Shown here piece after piece: positions 19,455 to 31,571 of a DNA stretch of 64,000 nt; within the stretch, counting starts at the first letter, position 1, and each line of letters begins with the position of its first letter. The notes beneath the pieces were generated by a model, which was not told the origin of the DNA, searched no databases, and worked only from the letters and a program-made list of their open reading frames with translations. A program made the translations under genes and the position numbers. This DNA comes from an uncultured Candidatus Binatia bacterium (GTDB lineage Bacteria; Desulfobacterota; Binatia; UBA9968; JAJDTQ01). The stretch spans positions 2,272,001 through 2,336,000 of the forward strand of contig OZ251459.1 of assembly GCA_965242525.1 (NCBI GenBank). The letters run 5' to 3'.

Positions 19455-21616
19455 TTATCGGACGCGATTGCAACCCCCGGAATGGTCCGATGCACAGAGG
19501 TCCATCTTTACTACCCAGTGGCGTCGGTACGGGGTTCTGTTCTGTCCCATCCTGATGCGGGAGACAGGATAACCGGGGAGTGAAAGGACAGCGACGCACT
19601 TCCCTTCGAACAGTACGGGGTACAGTGAGAACGGGATGAAGGGATTGTCCGAGCCGTACCGATTATACCGTTTGTATTGTCGAGGCAGGTCCTTCGGATC
19701 TTCCAGGGTCACGTCCACGAAGATCTTTCTCGGTTTCCATTCCGATTCCGGTATCCATACCTCTACCCGATCCTCCCGGACGCAGGGCTCCCTGACGAAG
19801 GTCAGCGTGTCGTCATCGAGATAGACATCGAAGCGGGAGCGCGCCGCCGGGTCTCCGGCGGACACCGCCTGTTGGTAGGCGGCCCGGTACCACTCGACGA
19901 AGTCCTCGATACCCGACGAATCATGCAGGAACACCTGTTGGTTCCGGGGTGTGAGCAGGGCGTCGCTCTCCACGCGGTCGGGGGTGACGATGAAGTCCGC
20001 GGCGCGGGCGGCGGCTTCCATGTCGGGGAAGCGTACCAGGACGCTTCCCGCCAGATAGTAGGGCGTCCATGTGATCCCCGGGAACCATTCCGGCTTCATG
20101 GACTCGAAGACCAGGACCGCCTTTCCCCGGGTGGTTTCTCGGATGGCTCCGAGTTCGGCCATGGCGGTCCGTTGGATCTCGGCCGCATGGGCATTGAGGC
20201 TCCATCGTTGATCTACCCGGAAGGCGGAGGCCGCGAAGGCGAGCAGGGCCGCGGCGGCAAAGGCGGCTACCGGACGAGCCCCCCATCGTTCGCGGACGTA
20301 CAGCAGGAGCAGCGAGTAGAACACCAGCGGGACGCCCACGTAGAACAGGGCCTCGAAGTTGTGGTGTGCAGAGTTGTGGCGCATGGGCAGGGCCCAGAAG
20401 AACCCGGACAGGGCAAGGGCGGCCAGCAGGAGGCGTTGCCGCCCTTGCAATAGCGGTCCCGCAAGCCGAACGAGGGCTGCGGCCGCTGCCACGGCCATGA
20501 GCAACCCCAGGATGAATGCCGACAACAGCGGCCCCGAGAGGCCCGGGGGCGAAAGGGGGAAACCCGGACCCCGATGGAAACGGAAAAGGTGGAGAGGAAA
20601 CCACTCCGCCATGTCGGCTGCCCGGTCGGTGAGCAGGAACGGAACGGAGGCCACGCAGACGCGAAAGAACTGCTGGCGCAGGAAACGCAGCCACCACTCC
20701 ACGGGGGCGAAGCCCCAGTCCAGTCCGGTGCGCCTGAGCATGGACTGGAACGACGGCAGTTCGGTCACCGAGGTCTCGCCTCCGAAGGCGGCGTACTCGT
20801 TGGCGAAGTTGAAGGCGAGGAGGGCCGCGCCGAAGAGCAGCGCGGCCAAGCCCAGGGTGGTGTAGCGGCTGCGCAGCACTGCGGCTGCAACGGAGCGCAA
20901 ACGGAGCCGGAGCGCAGTTCCGTGTTTCCATGCCCGGAGGGCTTCCCGGGCAAGACCCAGGAGGATGAAGGGAAGCAGGAAGGCGTACACGTGCCAGCCC
21001 AGCAGCAGCGCCACGCCGGTCTTGGCCAGCAACTGGGGGAAGCGTCCCTCCTGCACGAAGACGGTCATGCCGTGGAAGGCCAGCATGACCGCGAACAGGT
21101 CCACGCTGGCCTCGGTATTGACCGAGTCGCTGTAGAAGAGCATGTAGTAGGAGGAGAAGGCCAAGAGGGTGGCGGCCAGTGCGATCCAGGGGGGGGGGGG
21201 GGGGGGAGGGTGATGCGCGCGAGGGAGTAGAAGGCCAGGAAGGCGGCGGCGCTGAACAGGAGCAGCATGAGCACGCGGGCGGCGAGGATCTTTGCGGAGA
21301 GGTCGTTTCCGAAGGGGAGGATGGCGAGTTTGACGAGTGCGTAACCGCCGACGGGAAAGCGGCTGTACGTCTGGTACGCGGGGGCGCCGTCCGATCCCTG
21401 GTGCCGCGCCTCGAACAAGCGGAAACCGTGGTCGGGGGACAAGTTCTCGGCGATGGCCAGGGTCTTCGCGGAATTGTGGGCATGGTGGCCGGGACGGTAG
21501 ATGTGTCCCTTGTCCACCACGTACAGGAACGACGTGGACAGCGCGATCAGCAGCAACAGCAGGGGCAGGCGTCGGGGCCGGAAATCCGGGGAGGGAGGCA
21601 CCCCGGCATGTTCCAA
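19455..21616 (-). pseudogene. Polytopic membrane protein, GT-C-like (ArnT/PMT-like), copy B; frameshifted at a C18 tract (21189-21206)
   Basis: Paralogue of 21676-23808; N-terminus in ORF 21065..21961 frame, remainder in ORF 19455..21716 frame; junction at the homopolymer. Confidence 0.75.
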
Positions 21617-21675
21617 TGTCACCCTCTCCTTCGGTGGCGTCCTCGGATTGGAGTGCGAAGGGGGAACCACAACGG

Positions 21676-23808
21676 TTATCGGATGCGATTGCAACCCACG
21701 GAATGGTCCGATGCACAGAAGTCCATCTTTACTACCCAGTGGCGTCGGTACGGGGTTCTGTTCTGTCCCATCCTGATGCGGGAGACAGGATAAACGGGGA
21801 GCGGAACGACAGCGACGCACTTCCCTTCGAACAGCACGGGGTACAGTGAGAACGGGATGAAGGGATTGTCCGAGCCGTACCGGTTGTACCGTTTGTATTG
21901 TCGAGGCAGGTCCTTCGGGTCTTCCAGGGTCACGTCCACGAAGATCCTTCTCCGTTTCCATCCCGCTACCAGATCCTCCCGGACGCAGGTCTCCCTGACG
22001 AAGGTCAGGGTGTCGTCATCGAGATAGACATCGAAGTGGGAGCGCGCCGCCGGGTCTCCGGCGGACACCGCTCTCTGGTAGGCGGCCCGGTACCACTCCA
22101 CGAAGTCGGCGATACCCGACGAATCATACAGGAACACCTGTTCGTTCCGGGGTGTGAGCAAAGCGTCGCTCTCCACTCGGTCGGGGGTGACGAGGAAGTC
22201 CGCGCTGCGGGCGGCGGCTTCCATGTCGAGGAGGCGTACCAGGACGCTTCCAGCCAGATAGTAGTGCGGCCATGTGACCTGCGTGGACCATTCCCGCTTC
22301 ATGGACTCGATGACCATGACCGCCTTTCCCCGGACGGTTTCGCGGATGGCCCCGAGTTCGGCCATGGCGGCCCGTTGGGTCTCGGCCGCATGGGCATCGA
22401 GGCCCCATCGTTGATCCATCCGGAAGGTGGAGGCCGCGAAGGCGAGCAGGGCCGCGGCGGCAAAGGCGGCTACCGGACGAGACCCCCATCGCTCGCGGAC
22501 GTACAGCAGGAGCAGCGAGTAGAGCGTCAGAGGGACGCCCACATAGTACATGGCCTCGAAGAGGTGGGCATAGTATGCGACGTTGTAGCGCATGGGCAGG
22601 GCCCAGCAGAACCCGGACAGGGCAAGGGCGGCCAGCAGGAGGCGCTGCTGCCCTTCCAGCAGCGGCCCCGCAAGCCGAACGAGGGCCGCGGCTGCTCCCA
22701 CGGCCATGAGCAACGCCAAGATGGATGTCGACAACAGCGGCCCCGAGAGGCCCGGAGGCGAAAGGGAAAAACCCGGGCCCCGACGGAAAAGGTGAAGAGG
22801 AAACCACTCCGCCAGACCGGCCCCCCAGTCGCTCAGCACGAAGGGAACGGAGGCCACGCACACGCGAAAGAACTGCTGGCGCAGGAAGCTCAGCCACCAC
22901 CCCACCGGGGCGAAGTCCCGGTCCAACCCGGTGCGCACGAGCATGGACTGGAACGACGGCAGTTCGGTCACCGGGATCTCTCCTCCGAAGGCCGCGTACT
23001 CGTTGGCGAAGTTGAAGGTGAGGAGGGCCGCGCCGAACAGCAGCGCGGCCAAGCCCAGGGCGGTGTAGCGGCTGCGCAGCACTGCGGCTGCGGCGGAGCG
23101 CACGCGGATCCGGAGAGCCGTTCCCTGCTTCCAGGCCCGGAGGGCTTCCCGGGCCAGACCTAGGAGGATGAAGGGCAGCAGGAAGGCGTACACGTGCCAT
23201 CCCAGGAGCAGCGCCACGCCGGTCTTGGCGAGCAACTGGGGAAAGCGTCCTTCCTGTACGAATACGGTCATGCCGTGGAAGGCCAGCATGACCGCGAACA
23301 GGTCCACGCTGGCCTCGGTGGTGACCGCGTCGCCGTAGAGGAGCATGTAATAGGAGGAGAAAGCCAGGAGGGTGGCGGCCAGTGCGATCCAGGGGCGGGA
23401 GGTGATGCGCGCGAGGGAGCGGAAGGCCAGGACCGCGGCGGCGCTGAACAGGAGCAGCATGAGGATGCGGGCGGCGAGGACCTTTGCGGAGAGGTCGTTT
23501 CCGAAGGGGAGGATGGCGAGTTTGATGAGTGCGTAACCGCCGACGGGAAAGCGGCTGTACGTCTGGTACGCGGGGGCGCCGTCCGGTCCCCGGTGCCGCG
23601 CCCGGAACAACCGGAAACCGTGGTCGGGGGACAGGTTCTCGGCGATGGCCAGGTTCTTCGTGGAAACGTGGCCATTGTGGCCGGGACGGTAGATGTGTCC
23701 CTTGTCCACCACGTACAGGAACGACATGGACAGCGCGATCAGCAGCAACAGCAGGGGCAGGCGTCGGGGCCGGAAATCCGGGTAGGGAGGCACCCCGGCA
23801 TGTTCCAA
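21676..23808 (-). CDS. Polytopic membrane protein, putative GT-C-fold glycosyltransferase with C-terminal soluble domain, copy A (intact)
   Basis: About 10-12 hydrophobic segments, YSRFPVGGYALI loop, C-terminal RSHFDVYLDDDTLTFVRE..C..GKCVA..IRMGQ domain; TTG start after GGAG SD; function inferred from topology. Confidence 0.7.
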   Translation of the reverse strand: MEHAGVPPYPDFRPRRLPLLLLLIALSMSFLYVVDKGHIYRPGHNGHVSTKNLAIAENLSPDHGFRLFRARHRGPDGAPAYQTYSRFPVGGYALIKLAILPFGNDLSAKVLAARILMLLLFSAAAVLAFRSLARITSRPWIALAATLLAFSSYYMLLYGDAVTTEASVDLFAVMLAFHGMTVFVQEGRFPQLLAKTGVALLLGWHVYAFLLPFILLGLAREALRAWKQGTALRIRVRSAAAAVLRSRYTALGLAALLFGAALLTFNFANEYAAFGGEIPVTELPSFQSMLVRTGLDRDFAPVGWWLSFLRQQFFRVCVASVPFVLSDWGAGLAEWFPLHLFRRGPGFSLSPPGLSGPLLSTSILALLMAVGAAAALVRLAGPLLEGQQRLLLAALALSGFCWALPMRYNVAYYAHLFEAMYYVGVPLTLYSLLLLYVRERWGSRPVAAFAAAALLAFAASTFRMDQRWGLDAHAAETQRAAMAELGAIRETVRGKAVMVIESMKREWSTQVTWPHYYLAGSVLVRLLDMEAAARSADFLVTPDRVESDALLTPRNEQVFLYDSSGIADFVEWYRAAYQRAVSAGDPAARSHFDVYLDDDTLTFVRETCVREDLVAGWKRRRIFVDVTLEDPKDLPRQYKRYNRYGSDNPFIPFSLYPVLFEGKCVAVVPLPVYPVSRIRMGQNRTPYRRHWVVKMDFCASDHSVGCNRIR

Positions 23809-23882
23809 TGTCACCCTCTCCTTCGGTGGCGTCCTCGGATTGGAATATCCTCCCGGGGAGACTGTCCGGGCAAGGGAATCGA

Positions 23883-23955
23883 TGGGCGGTACAGGACTTG
23901 AACCTGTGACCCCCGGCTTGTAAGGCCGATGCTCTCCCAACTGAGCTAACCGCCC
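23883..23955 (-). tRNA. tRNA-Val (TAC), CCA end not encoded
   Basis: GGGCGGT...CTTACAA...ACCGCCCA. Confidence 0.95.
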
Positions 23956-24040
23956 GAAGACCCGAAACCGGCCCCGCGGCCCGGCGCAGGCGCGCGGGGT
24001 CCCGCCGCGTCCGCCCGGAAAGGGCTGCGGCGGCGTCCGG

Positions 24041-26491
24041 TCACTGGGGAAGGCTGGGCCTGGGCTCGGCGTCCTTCTTGCCGAAACTCGCGGCCGCGGC
24101 GGCGGCGTCCAGCTCCCGCGGCGCGAACAGCGCCTCCGGGTCGCTCACCACCAGGGCCCGCTTGAGCACCTCGTCCATGTGCGAGACCAGGATCAACTCC
24201 ACGCTCTTCAGGACCGTGGCCGGAATCTCGTTGATGTCCTTCTTGTTCTCCGCCGGGATGATGACGGCCTTGATGCCGCCGCGGTGGGCGGCGAGCACCT
24301 TTTCCTTCAGGCCGCCTATGGGCAGCACGCTGCCCCGAAGGGTGATCTCGCCGGTCATGGCCACGTCGTGATAGACCGGGATGCGCGTCAGCGCGGACAC
24401 CAGCGACGTCGCCATGGTGATGCCCGCGGACGGCCCGTCCTTGGGAATCGCCCCCTCCGGCACGTGGATGTGGACGTCGTTCTTCTGGTAGAAGTCCTTT
24501 TCCAACCCCAGTTCCTCCCCCCGGGAACGGACGTAGCTCATGGCGGCCTGGGCCGACTCCTGCATGACGTCCCCGAGCTTGCCGGTGATGGTCAACCGCC
24601 CCTTCCCGGGCATGATGGAGACCTCGGTGGACAGCAACTCGCCGCCGAGCTCGGTCCACGCCAACCCGGTGGTGGTCCCGATCCGGTGCTCCTCCTCGGC
24701 GATGCCGTAGCGGTACTTGGGGGGGCCCAGGTACTTCGGGAGGTTCCGCGCGCCCACCGCGGTCCTCGACGCGAGGTCGTTCTTTACCACGTCCACCGCG
24801 ACCTTCCGGCAAATGGAGGCGATCTCGCGCTCCAGGTTCCTGACCCCCGCCTCCTTGGTGTAGCGCCGCACCAGACCCAGGATGGCGCTGTCCGACAGGG
24901 CGATGTTCTCCTCCTTCAGCCCGTTGGCGTCGCGCTGTTTCACCACCAGGTACTTCTTCGCGATGTTCAGCTTCTCCAACTCGGTGTAGCCCGCGATGCG
25001 GATGATCTCCATCCGGTCCTGCAAGGGCCGGGGGATGCCCTCCAGGGTGTTGGCGGTGGTGATGAACATGACCTTGGACAGGTCGTAGTCCAAGTCCAGG
25101 TAGTGGTCGTTGAACGCCTGGTTCTGCTCCGGGTCCAGCACCTCCAGCAGGGCGGACGAGGGGTCGCCGCGGAAGTCCATGGACATCTTGTCCACCTCGT
25201 CCATCAGGAACACCGGGTTGCTGGAGCCTGCCTTCTTGAGGGACTGGATGATCTTCCCGGGCAACGCGCCGATGTAGGTGCGCCGATGTCCGCGGATCTC
25301 GGCCTCGTCCCGCACCCCGCCCAGGGACATGCGCACGAACTTCCGTCCCGTGGCCCGGGCGATGGAGCGCCCGAGGGATGTCTTGCCCACGCCCGGCGGC
25401 CCCACCAGGCAGACGATGGGGCCCTTGATCTTGCCCACGAGGCTCTGGACCGCCAGGTATTCGAGGATCCTCTCCTTGACCTTGCCCAGCCCGTAGTGGT
25501 CCTCTTCCAGCACCTTCTCGGCCTCGGTGATGTCGAGCTTGTCGTCCGTATAGTCGTACCAGGGGAGGCTGAGTATCCAGTCGATGTAGTTCCGCACGAC
25601 GGTGGCCTCGGCCGACATGGGCGACATCATCTTGAGCTTCTTGAGCTCCTTCTCCACCTTCTCCTTGGCCTCCGCGGAGAGCTTCTTCTGCTTGATCTTC
25701 TCCTCGATCTCCTGCATCTCGTTCTTGAACTCGTCCTTTTCGCCGAGTTCCTTCTGGATCGCCCTCATCTGCTCGTTGAGGTAGTACTCCTTCTGGGAGC
25801 GCTCCATCTGCTTCTTCACGCGCGAGCGGATGCGGCGCTCCACCTCCAGGATCTCGATCTCCGCCCGCATGTGCCCCAGCACCTTCTCCAGGCGTTCGAT
25901 GGCGTTGACGGTCTCCAGGAGGACCTGCCGTTCCTCCAGCTTGACCCCGAGGTGTCCGATGATCGTGTCCGCGAGCTTGCCCGGCTCCTCGATGGAGGAA
26001 ACCGACGCGACCATCTCGGGGGGGATCTTCTTCTTGACCTTGACGTAGTTCTCGAAGGCGCCGTGCGCCTCGCGCACCATGGCGCCCACCTCCGCGCCCT
26101 GCTCCACCACGTCGTCCAGCTTCTCCACCTCCACCAGGAAGAACTCCGGGTGCGCCAGGTAGCGCGCGATCCGGCCCCGGCTCTTGCCCTCCACCAGGAC
26201 CTTGACGGTCCCGTCCGGCAACTTCAGCATCTGCACGACGCTCCCCAGCGTGCCCATGAGGTAGATGTCGTCCTCCTCGGGCTCGTTGGTCCGGGCGTCC
26301 TTCTGGGAGGCGAGGAAGATGGCGGTCTGCTTCCGGGAAGCCTCCTCCAAGGCCCGGATGGACTTCTGCCGGCCCACGAACAGCGGCACCACCATGTGCG
26401 GGAAGACGATGATGTCCCGGAGGGGCAGCAACGGCGCTTGCACACCCTCGCCCTGCTCGTTGTCGTCCTTCTTGTCGCTGCGAAATAGCAT
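24041..26491 (-). CDS. lon: ATP-dependent protease Lon
   Basis: [29 protein letters not shown] catalytic Ser, IGGLKEK. Confidence 0.98.
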   Translation of the reverse strand: MLFRSDKKDDNEQGEGVQAPLLPLRDIIVFPHMVVPLFVGRQKSIRALEEASRKQTAIFLASQKDARTNEPEEDDIYLMGTLGSVVQMLKLPDGTVKVLVEGKSRGRIARYLAHPEFFLVEVEKLDDVVEQGAEVGAMVREAHGAFENYVKVKKKIPPEMVASVSSIEEPGKLADTIIGHLGVKLEERQVLLETVNAIERLEKVLGHMRAEIEILEVERRIRSRVKKQMERSQKEYYLNEQMRAIQKELGEKDEFKNEMQEIEEKIKQKKLSAEAKEKVEKELKKLKMMSPMSAEATVVRNYIDWILSLPWYDYTDDKLDITEAEKVLEEDHYGLGKVKERILEYLAVQSLVGKIKGPIVCLVGPPGVGKTSLGRSIARATGRKFVRMSLGGVRDEAEIRGHRRTYIGALPGKIIQSLKKAGSSNPVFLMDEVDKMSMDFRGDPSSALLEVLDPEQNQAFNDHYLDLDYDLSKVMFITTANTLEGIPRPLQDRMEIIRIAGYTELEKLNIAKKYLVVKQRDANGLKEENIALSDSAILGLVRRYTKEAGVRNLEREIASICRKVAVDVVKNDLASRTAVGARNLPKYLGPPKYRYGIAEEEHRIGTTTGLAWTELGGELLSTEVSIMPGKGRLTITGKLGDVMQESAQAAMSYVRSRGEELGLEKDFYQKNDVHIHVPEGAIPKDGPSAGITMATSLVSALTRIPVYHDVAMTGEITLRGSVLPIGGLKEKVLAAHRGGIKAVIIPAENKKDINEIPATVLKSVELILVSHMDEVLKRALVVSDPEALFAPRELDAAAAAASFGKKDAEPRPSLPQ

Positions 26492-26502
26492 GAATCTCCC
26501 CC

Positions 26503-27759
<1,257 letters not shown>

Positions 27760-27772
27760 CGATGCTCCCCCC

Positions 27773-28375
27773 TCACCCCTTCGTGTTGACTTCGAGGCGG
27801 CTGGTGATCACTTCGTCCACCAATCCGTACTCCAGGGCCTGCTCGCCCGTCATGAACATGTCCCTGTCCGTATCCCGTTCGATCCGGTCCAGCGACTGCC
27901 CCGTATGCTTCACGAGGATCGCTCCGAGCTCCTCCCGCATCCTCAGGATCTCCCTGGCCTGGATGTCGATGTCGGCCGCGGTCCCCTGGAAGCCGCCCAG
28001 GGGCTGGTGGATCATGATGCGCGAGTGCGGCAGTGCGTACCGCTTGCCGCCCGCGCCCGCGGCCAGCAGCACCGCCCCCATGCTCGCCGCCTGGCCCAGG
28101 CAGACGGTGGAGACCTTCGGGCGGATGTACTGCATGGTGTCGTAGATGGCGAGGCCCGCGGTCACCGAGCCGCCCGGGGAATTGACGTAGAAGTAGATGT
28201 CCCGCTCCGGGTCTTCCGACTCCAGGAACAGCAACTGGGCGGTGATGAGGTTGGCCACCTCGTCAACCACCGGGCTCCCCAGGAAGACGATCCGGTCCTT
28301 GAGGAGGCGGGAATAGATGTCGTACGCGCGCTCCCCTCGACCCGTCTGCTCTACCACGAAAGGAATGAAGTTCAT
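27773..28375 (-). CDS. clpP: Clp protease proteolytic subunit ClpP
   Basis: [29 protein letters not shown]. Confidence 0.98.
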   Translation of the reverse strand: MNFIPFVVEQTGRGERAYDIYSRLLKDRIVFLGSPVVDEVANLITAQLLFLESEDPERDIYFYVNSPGGSVTAGLAIYDTMQYIRPKVSTVCLGQAASMGAVLLAAGAGGKRYALPHSRIMIHQPLGGFQGTAADIDIQAREILRMREELGAILVKHTGQSLDRIERDTDRDMFMTGEQALEYGLVDEVITSRLEVNTKG

Positions 28376-28426
28376 GTTGCCTCGACCCTCGTGCGTTGCG
28401 TACGCCGAACGCGCCACCAAGGAAGT

Positions 28427-29743
28427 TTAGCCTCTTTTCCCGCCCTCATCAACCTTTTCCGGCGGGTCCACCATCGTCACGTCCGCGGCCAGGAGCAGGA
28501 AGTCCATGGTCTTCTGGGACGCGATCTGCGAACGCAGGGCTTCCCGCGCCCAGTCCTCGCGATAGTGCTCGCGCACCGAGGCCGCCCGCTCCCCGCCGGC
28601 CCGCACCAGCGCCTCGACCCGGCGGTCCACCTCCTCGTCGGAAGCGGTGATGCCCTCGGCCGCGGCGAGTTTCTCGAGCAACAGCCTCGACTTGACCAGG
28701 CTCCGGGCCTGGGGCCTCAGCTCCTCCCGGAGCTCGTCCGCGGTGGGCTCCGGCGCGTCCGCCTCGGAGGGCTCCCGCCGGGACCTCGCGCCTTCCACGA
28801 GGTAGGACAGCTCCCGGTCCACCATGGACGCGGGCGCCTCGAAGTCGTGCTTCTCCAGCAGGCGCTCCACGATCCGGTCCTTCAATTGGCGCTCCTGGAA
28901 CGCATCCACCTGGAGCTGCAAGTCCGACCGCAGCTTCTTGCGCAACTCCGGCAACGAGTCGCACTCGCCGTAGTCCCGGGCGAACTCGTCGTCCAGGGGA
29001 GGCAGGAGCTTGCGCCGGATGTCCCTGACCGTGACCTCGAACTCCGCCTGCTTCCCGGCCACATCCTGGTCCCGGACCCGGTCCGGCAGGTTGACCACGA
29101 GGGTCCCGGGCGCGTCCCGCTCCATGCCCACCAGGCCCCGCTCGAACTCCGGCAGCGCCTTGCCCGCGCCGACGTCCACCGGGTAGCCCTCGGCCGCGCT
29201 CCCGGGGAAGGGCTTGCCGTCCACCGAGCCCGAGAAGTCCACCAGCACGTAGTCCCCCTCCTCCACCCGCACCCGGTCCTCCACCGGCTCCAGTTGCGCG
29301 CTCCGCTCCCGAAGCTCGGACAACGCCCGGTCCACTTCCTCGTCCCCCACTTGGGCGCGCACGCGCTCCACCGGGACGTCGCGGTACTCCCCGAGCTCGA
29401 TGTCCGGCTTCACGTCCACCACCGCGGTGAACGAGAACGGCTGCTCCTGCTTCAGGTCCCCCACCTCCAGCCGCGGCTCGGACACCGGCTCCAGCCCCCG
29501 CTCCCTGACCGCGCCCGCGAGCGACGCCTCCACGAGCTCGGTCAGCGCCTGGGTCTGGACCTCGGCGCCGTAGAGGCCCTGCAGTACGCTCCGCGGTATC
29601 TTGCCGGAGCGGAACCCGCGCACCTTCGCCCGACGCCCGACCTCCCGGTAGATCCGGGCGAAGGCCTGATCGACTTGCTCCGCGGGGACCTCGACCCGGA
29701 GCCTCCTCTGCGTGGGCGCCAATACATCGACTTCGCACTTCAT
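28427..29743 (-). CDS. tig: Trigger factor
   Basis: GFRSGKIP ribosome-binding motif, FKBP-like domain; tig-clpP-clpX-lon synteny. Confidence 0.95.
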   Translation of the reverse strand: MKCEVDVLAPTQRRLRVEVPAEQVDQAFARIYREVGRRAKVRGFRSGKIPRSVLQGLYGAEVQTQALTELVEASLAGAVRERGLEPVSEPRLEVGDLKQEQPFSFTAVVDVKPDIELGEYRDVPVERVRAQVGDEEVDRALSELRERSAQLEPVEDRVRVEEGDYVLVDFSGSVDGKPFPGSAAEGYPVDVGAGKALPEFERGLVGMERDAPGTLVVNLPDRVRDQDVAGKQAEFEVTVRDIRRKLLPPLDDEFARDYGECDSLPELRKKLRSDLQLQVDAFQERQLKDRIVERLLEKHDFEAPASMVDRELSYLVEGARSRREPSEADAPEPTADELREELRPQARSLVKSRLLLEKLAAAEGITASDEEVDRRVEALVRAGGERAASVREHYREDWAREALRSQIASQKTMDFLLLAADVTMVDPPEKVDEGGKRG

Positions 29744-29892
29744 CCCCGGTCTGCCCCCCGTATGACTCGTTGACTCGTACTCGTTCGGCCCCGCCCGCCG
29801 CGCTCCACGCCGGACCGCACCCCCTCGCCGGGCGGTTCCCCCGCGAAGGGCGAGCCGCCCGCGCCCCGGACCACGCCGCCCGACGCTTCCGA

Positions 29893-29975
29893 TGGTGCGA
29901 GAGGGGGGATTCGAACCCCCACGGTTGCCCGCTAGATCCTAAATCTAGTGCGTCTACCGGTTCCGCCACTCTCGC
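29893..29975 (-). tRNA. tRNA-Leu (TAG)
   Basis: GCGAGAG...TTTAGGA..., variable arm, ...CTCTCGCACCA. Confidence 0.95.
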
Positions 29976-30090
29976 AAGCCGGGAGGGGCCCCTGCTGTGC
30001 TGTAGCAACCCCTCGAACCGCAAGTCAAGGTCGTTGGCGCCCGGGACCGGGGACGCGGAGGGAGGCTGGACGGGCGCAGGGAGGGAGGAG

Positions 30091-30163
<73 letters not shown>

Positions 30164-30175
30164 ATGCGTCTTGGT

Positions 30176-30253
30176 TGGGGTGAGTGAAGGGACTTGAACC
30201 CTCAACCCCTGGAGCCACAGTCCAGTGCTCTAACCAGTTGAGCTACACTCACC
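30176..30253 (-). tRNA. tRNA-His (GTG)
   Basis: GGTGAGTG...CTGTGGC...CACTCACCCCA with G-1. Confidence 0.95.
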
Positions 30254-30268
30254 AGAACACCCGTTGTC

Positions 30269-30345
<77 letters not shown>

Positions 30346-30412
30346 GTCGAACCGTTCCTTCGACGTCCCCGCGTCTCCACTCGACCCGCGGGCCGTCCCG
30401 GCCTGGCCGGCG

Positions 30413-30489
30413 TGGTCGGGGCGAGCCGATTTGAACGGCCGACCCCCTGCTCCCAAGGCAGGTGCGCTACCTGGCTGCGCTACGCCCCG
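30413..30489 (-). tRNA. tRNA-Pro (TGG)
   Basis: CGGGGCG...CTTGGGA...CGCCCCGACCA. Confidence 0.95.
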
Positions 30490-30519
30490 TCACGGAGACC
30501 CTGATCACGGAGACTGTCC

Positions 30520-30547
30520 ATTCTACATCATGGCGCAACGATATCAA
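30520..30547 (-). promoter_or_regulatory. Putative sigma70 promoter for the tRNA-Pro cluster
   Basis: TTGATA-16 nt-TAGAAT on minus strand. Confidence 0.55.
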
Positions 30548-30794
30548 GCCCATCCCCGTTCGCCCCGAACGTAGCGAAGCGGAGACCCCCATTCGCCCCG
30601 AACGGAGCGGAGGTCCCCGTTCATCCCGAACGCAGCGCCAAGCCCATCCCCGTTCGTCCCGAGCGTAGCGTAGCGAAGTCGAAGGACGCGCTCATGCCCC
30701 ACCCCGGTCCGTCCCGAACGCAGCGCCAAGCCCATCCCCGTTCGTCCTGAGCGTAGCGTAGCGAAGTCGAAGGGCGCGCTCATGCCCCCACCCC
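30546..30794. repeat. Array of REP-like family A units (CCCGTTCGTCCTGAGCGTAGCGTAGCGAAGTCGAAGGACG)
   Basis: Two full copies within an ~88-bp tandem duplication plus several degenerate half-copies. Confidence 0.85.
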
Positions 30795-30842
30795 CGTCTC
30801 GATCGTCCAGATGTTCCACAATCCCAAGCCCCCGCGTCCGCT

Positions 30843-31571
30843 TCACGACGGACGCCACTCGCCGAGGACCCGTTGCTGGACCTCCAGTATGCTTCGAATG
30901 CCCGTTCGCGCCAGACCCATCAACTCGTCGAGCCGGTCGGCGCCGAAGGGCTTCTTCTCCGCGGTCCCCTGGACCTCCACGAACTGCCCCGACCCGGTCA
31001 TCACGATGTTCATGTCCACGTCGGCGTTGTTGTCCTCGCCCGCGTCCAGGTCCAGCACCGCCCTGCCCTCCACCACGCCGACGCTGACCGCGGCCAGGCT
31101 GTCCCTGAGCAGGCCCGCGGGCAGGCTCCGGCTCGCCGCCCGCCCTTTCAGGGCGCAGGCCAGGGCCACGTAGGCGCCGCTGATGGACGCGGTGCGGGTG
31201 CCGCCGTCGGCCTGTATGACGTCGCAGTCCAGCCACACCGTCCGTTCGCCCAGGCACTGGAGGTCCGCCACCGAACGGAGGCTGCGTCCGATCAGCCGCT
31301 GGATCTCGTGGGTGCGGCCGCCCGGCCGGCCCCGGGCCGCCTCCCGGGGGATGCGCATGGGCGAGGACGACGGCAACATGCCGTACTCCGCGGTGATCCA
31401 GCCCTTCCCCGTCTTCCGCAGGAACGGCGGCACCCGGTCTTCGACCTTGGCGGTGCAGATGACCCGGGTATCGCCCATCTCGATCAACGCCGAACCGTCG
31501 GCGTGCTTGATGAAGCCGGGCGTGATGCGGATGGGGCGCAGCTCCCGGTCCCCGCGTCCGTCGGCGCGCAT
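30843..31571 (-). CDS. rph: Ribonuclease PH
   Basis: [41 protein letters not shown]. Confidence 0.97.
   Translation of the reverse strand: MRADGRGDRELRPIRITPGFIKHADGSALIEMGDTRVICTAKVEDRVPPFLRKTGKGWITAEYGMLPSSSPMRIPREAARGRPGGRTHEIQRLIGRSLRSVADLQCLGERTVWLDCDVIQADGGTRTASISGAYVALACALKGRAASRSLPAGLLRDSLAAVSVGVVEGRAVLDLDAGEDNNADVDMNIVMTGSGQFVEVQGTAEKKPFGADRLDELMGLARTGIRSILEVQQRVLGEWRPS

Larger units (their letters stand above)
19432..23844. repeat. Head-to-tail tandem duplication (units 19432-21652 and 21653-23844)
   Basis: Both units begin GTGCGAA(T/G)GGGAACCA and end ...CTTCGGTGGCGTCCTCGGATTGGA; highly similar but not identical throughout. Confidence 0.95.

Noticed and set aside
19432-23844. Diversity-generating retroelement template/variable repeat pair
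   Set aside because: Duplication spans the whole gene, differences are not adenine-specific and include indels, and no reverse transcriptase is present
19355-23955. Prophage or integrative element at the tRNAs
   Set aside because: No integrase, phage genes or duplicated tRNA 3' end
29763-29784. Short ACTCGT triple repeat upstream of tig
   Set aside because: Too short to distinguish from chance or slippage
30546-30794. Possible CRISPR array
   Set aside because: Repeats are degenerate and unevenly spaced, spacers are duplicated, the motif recurs genome-wide like a REP, and no cas genes are present
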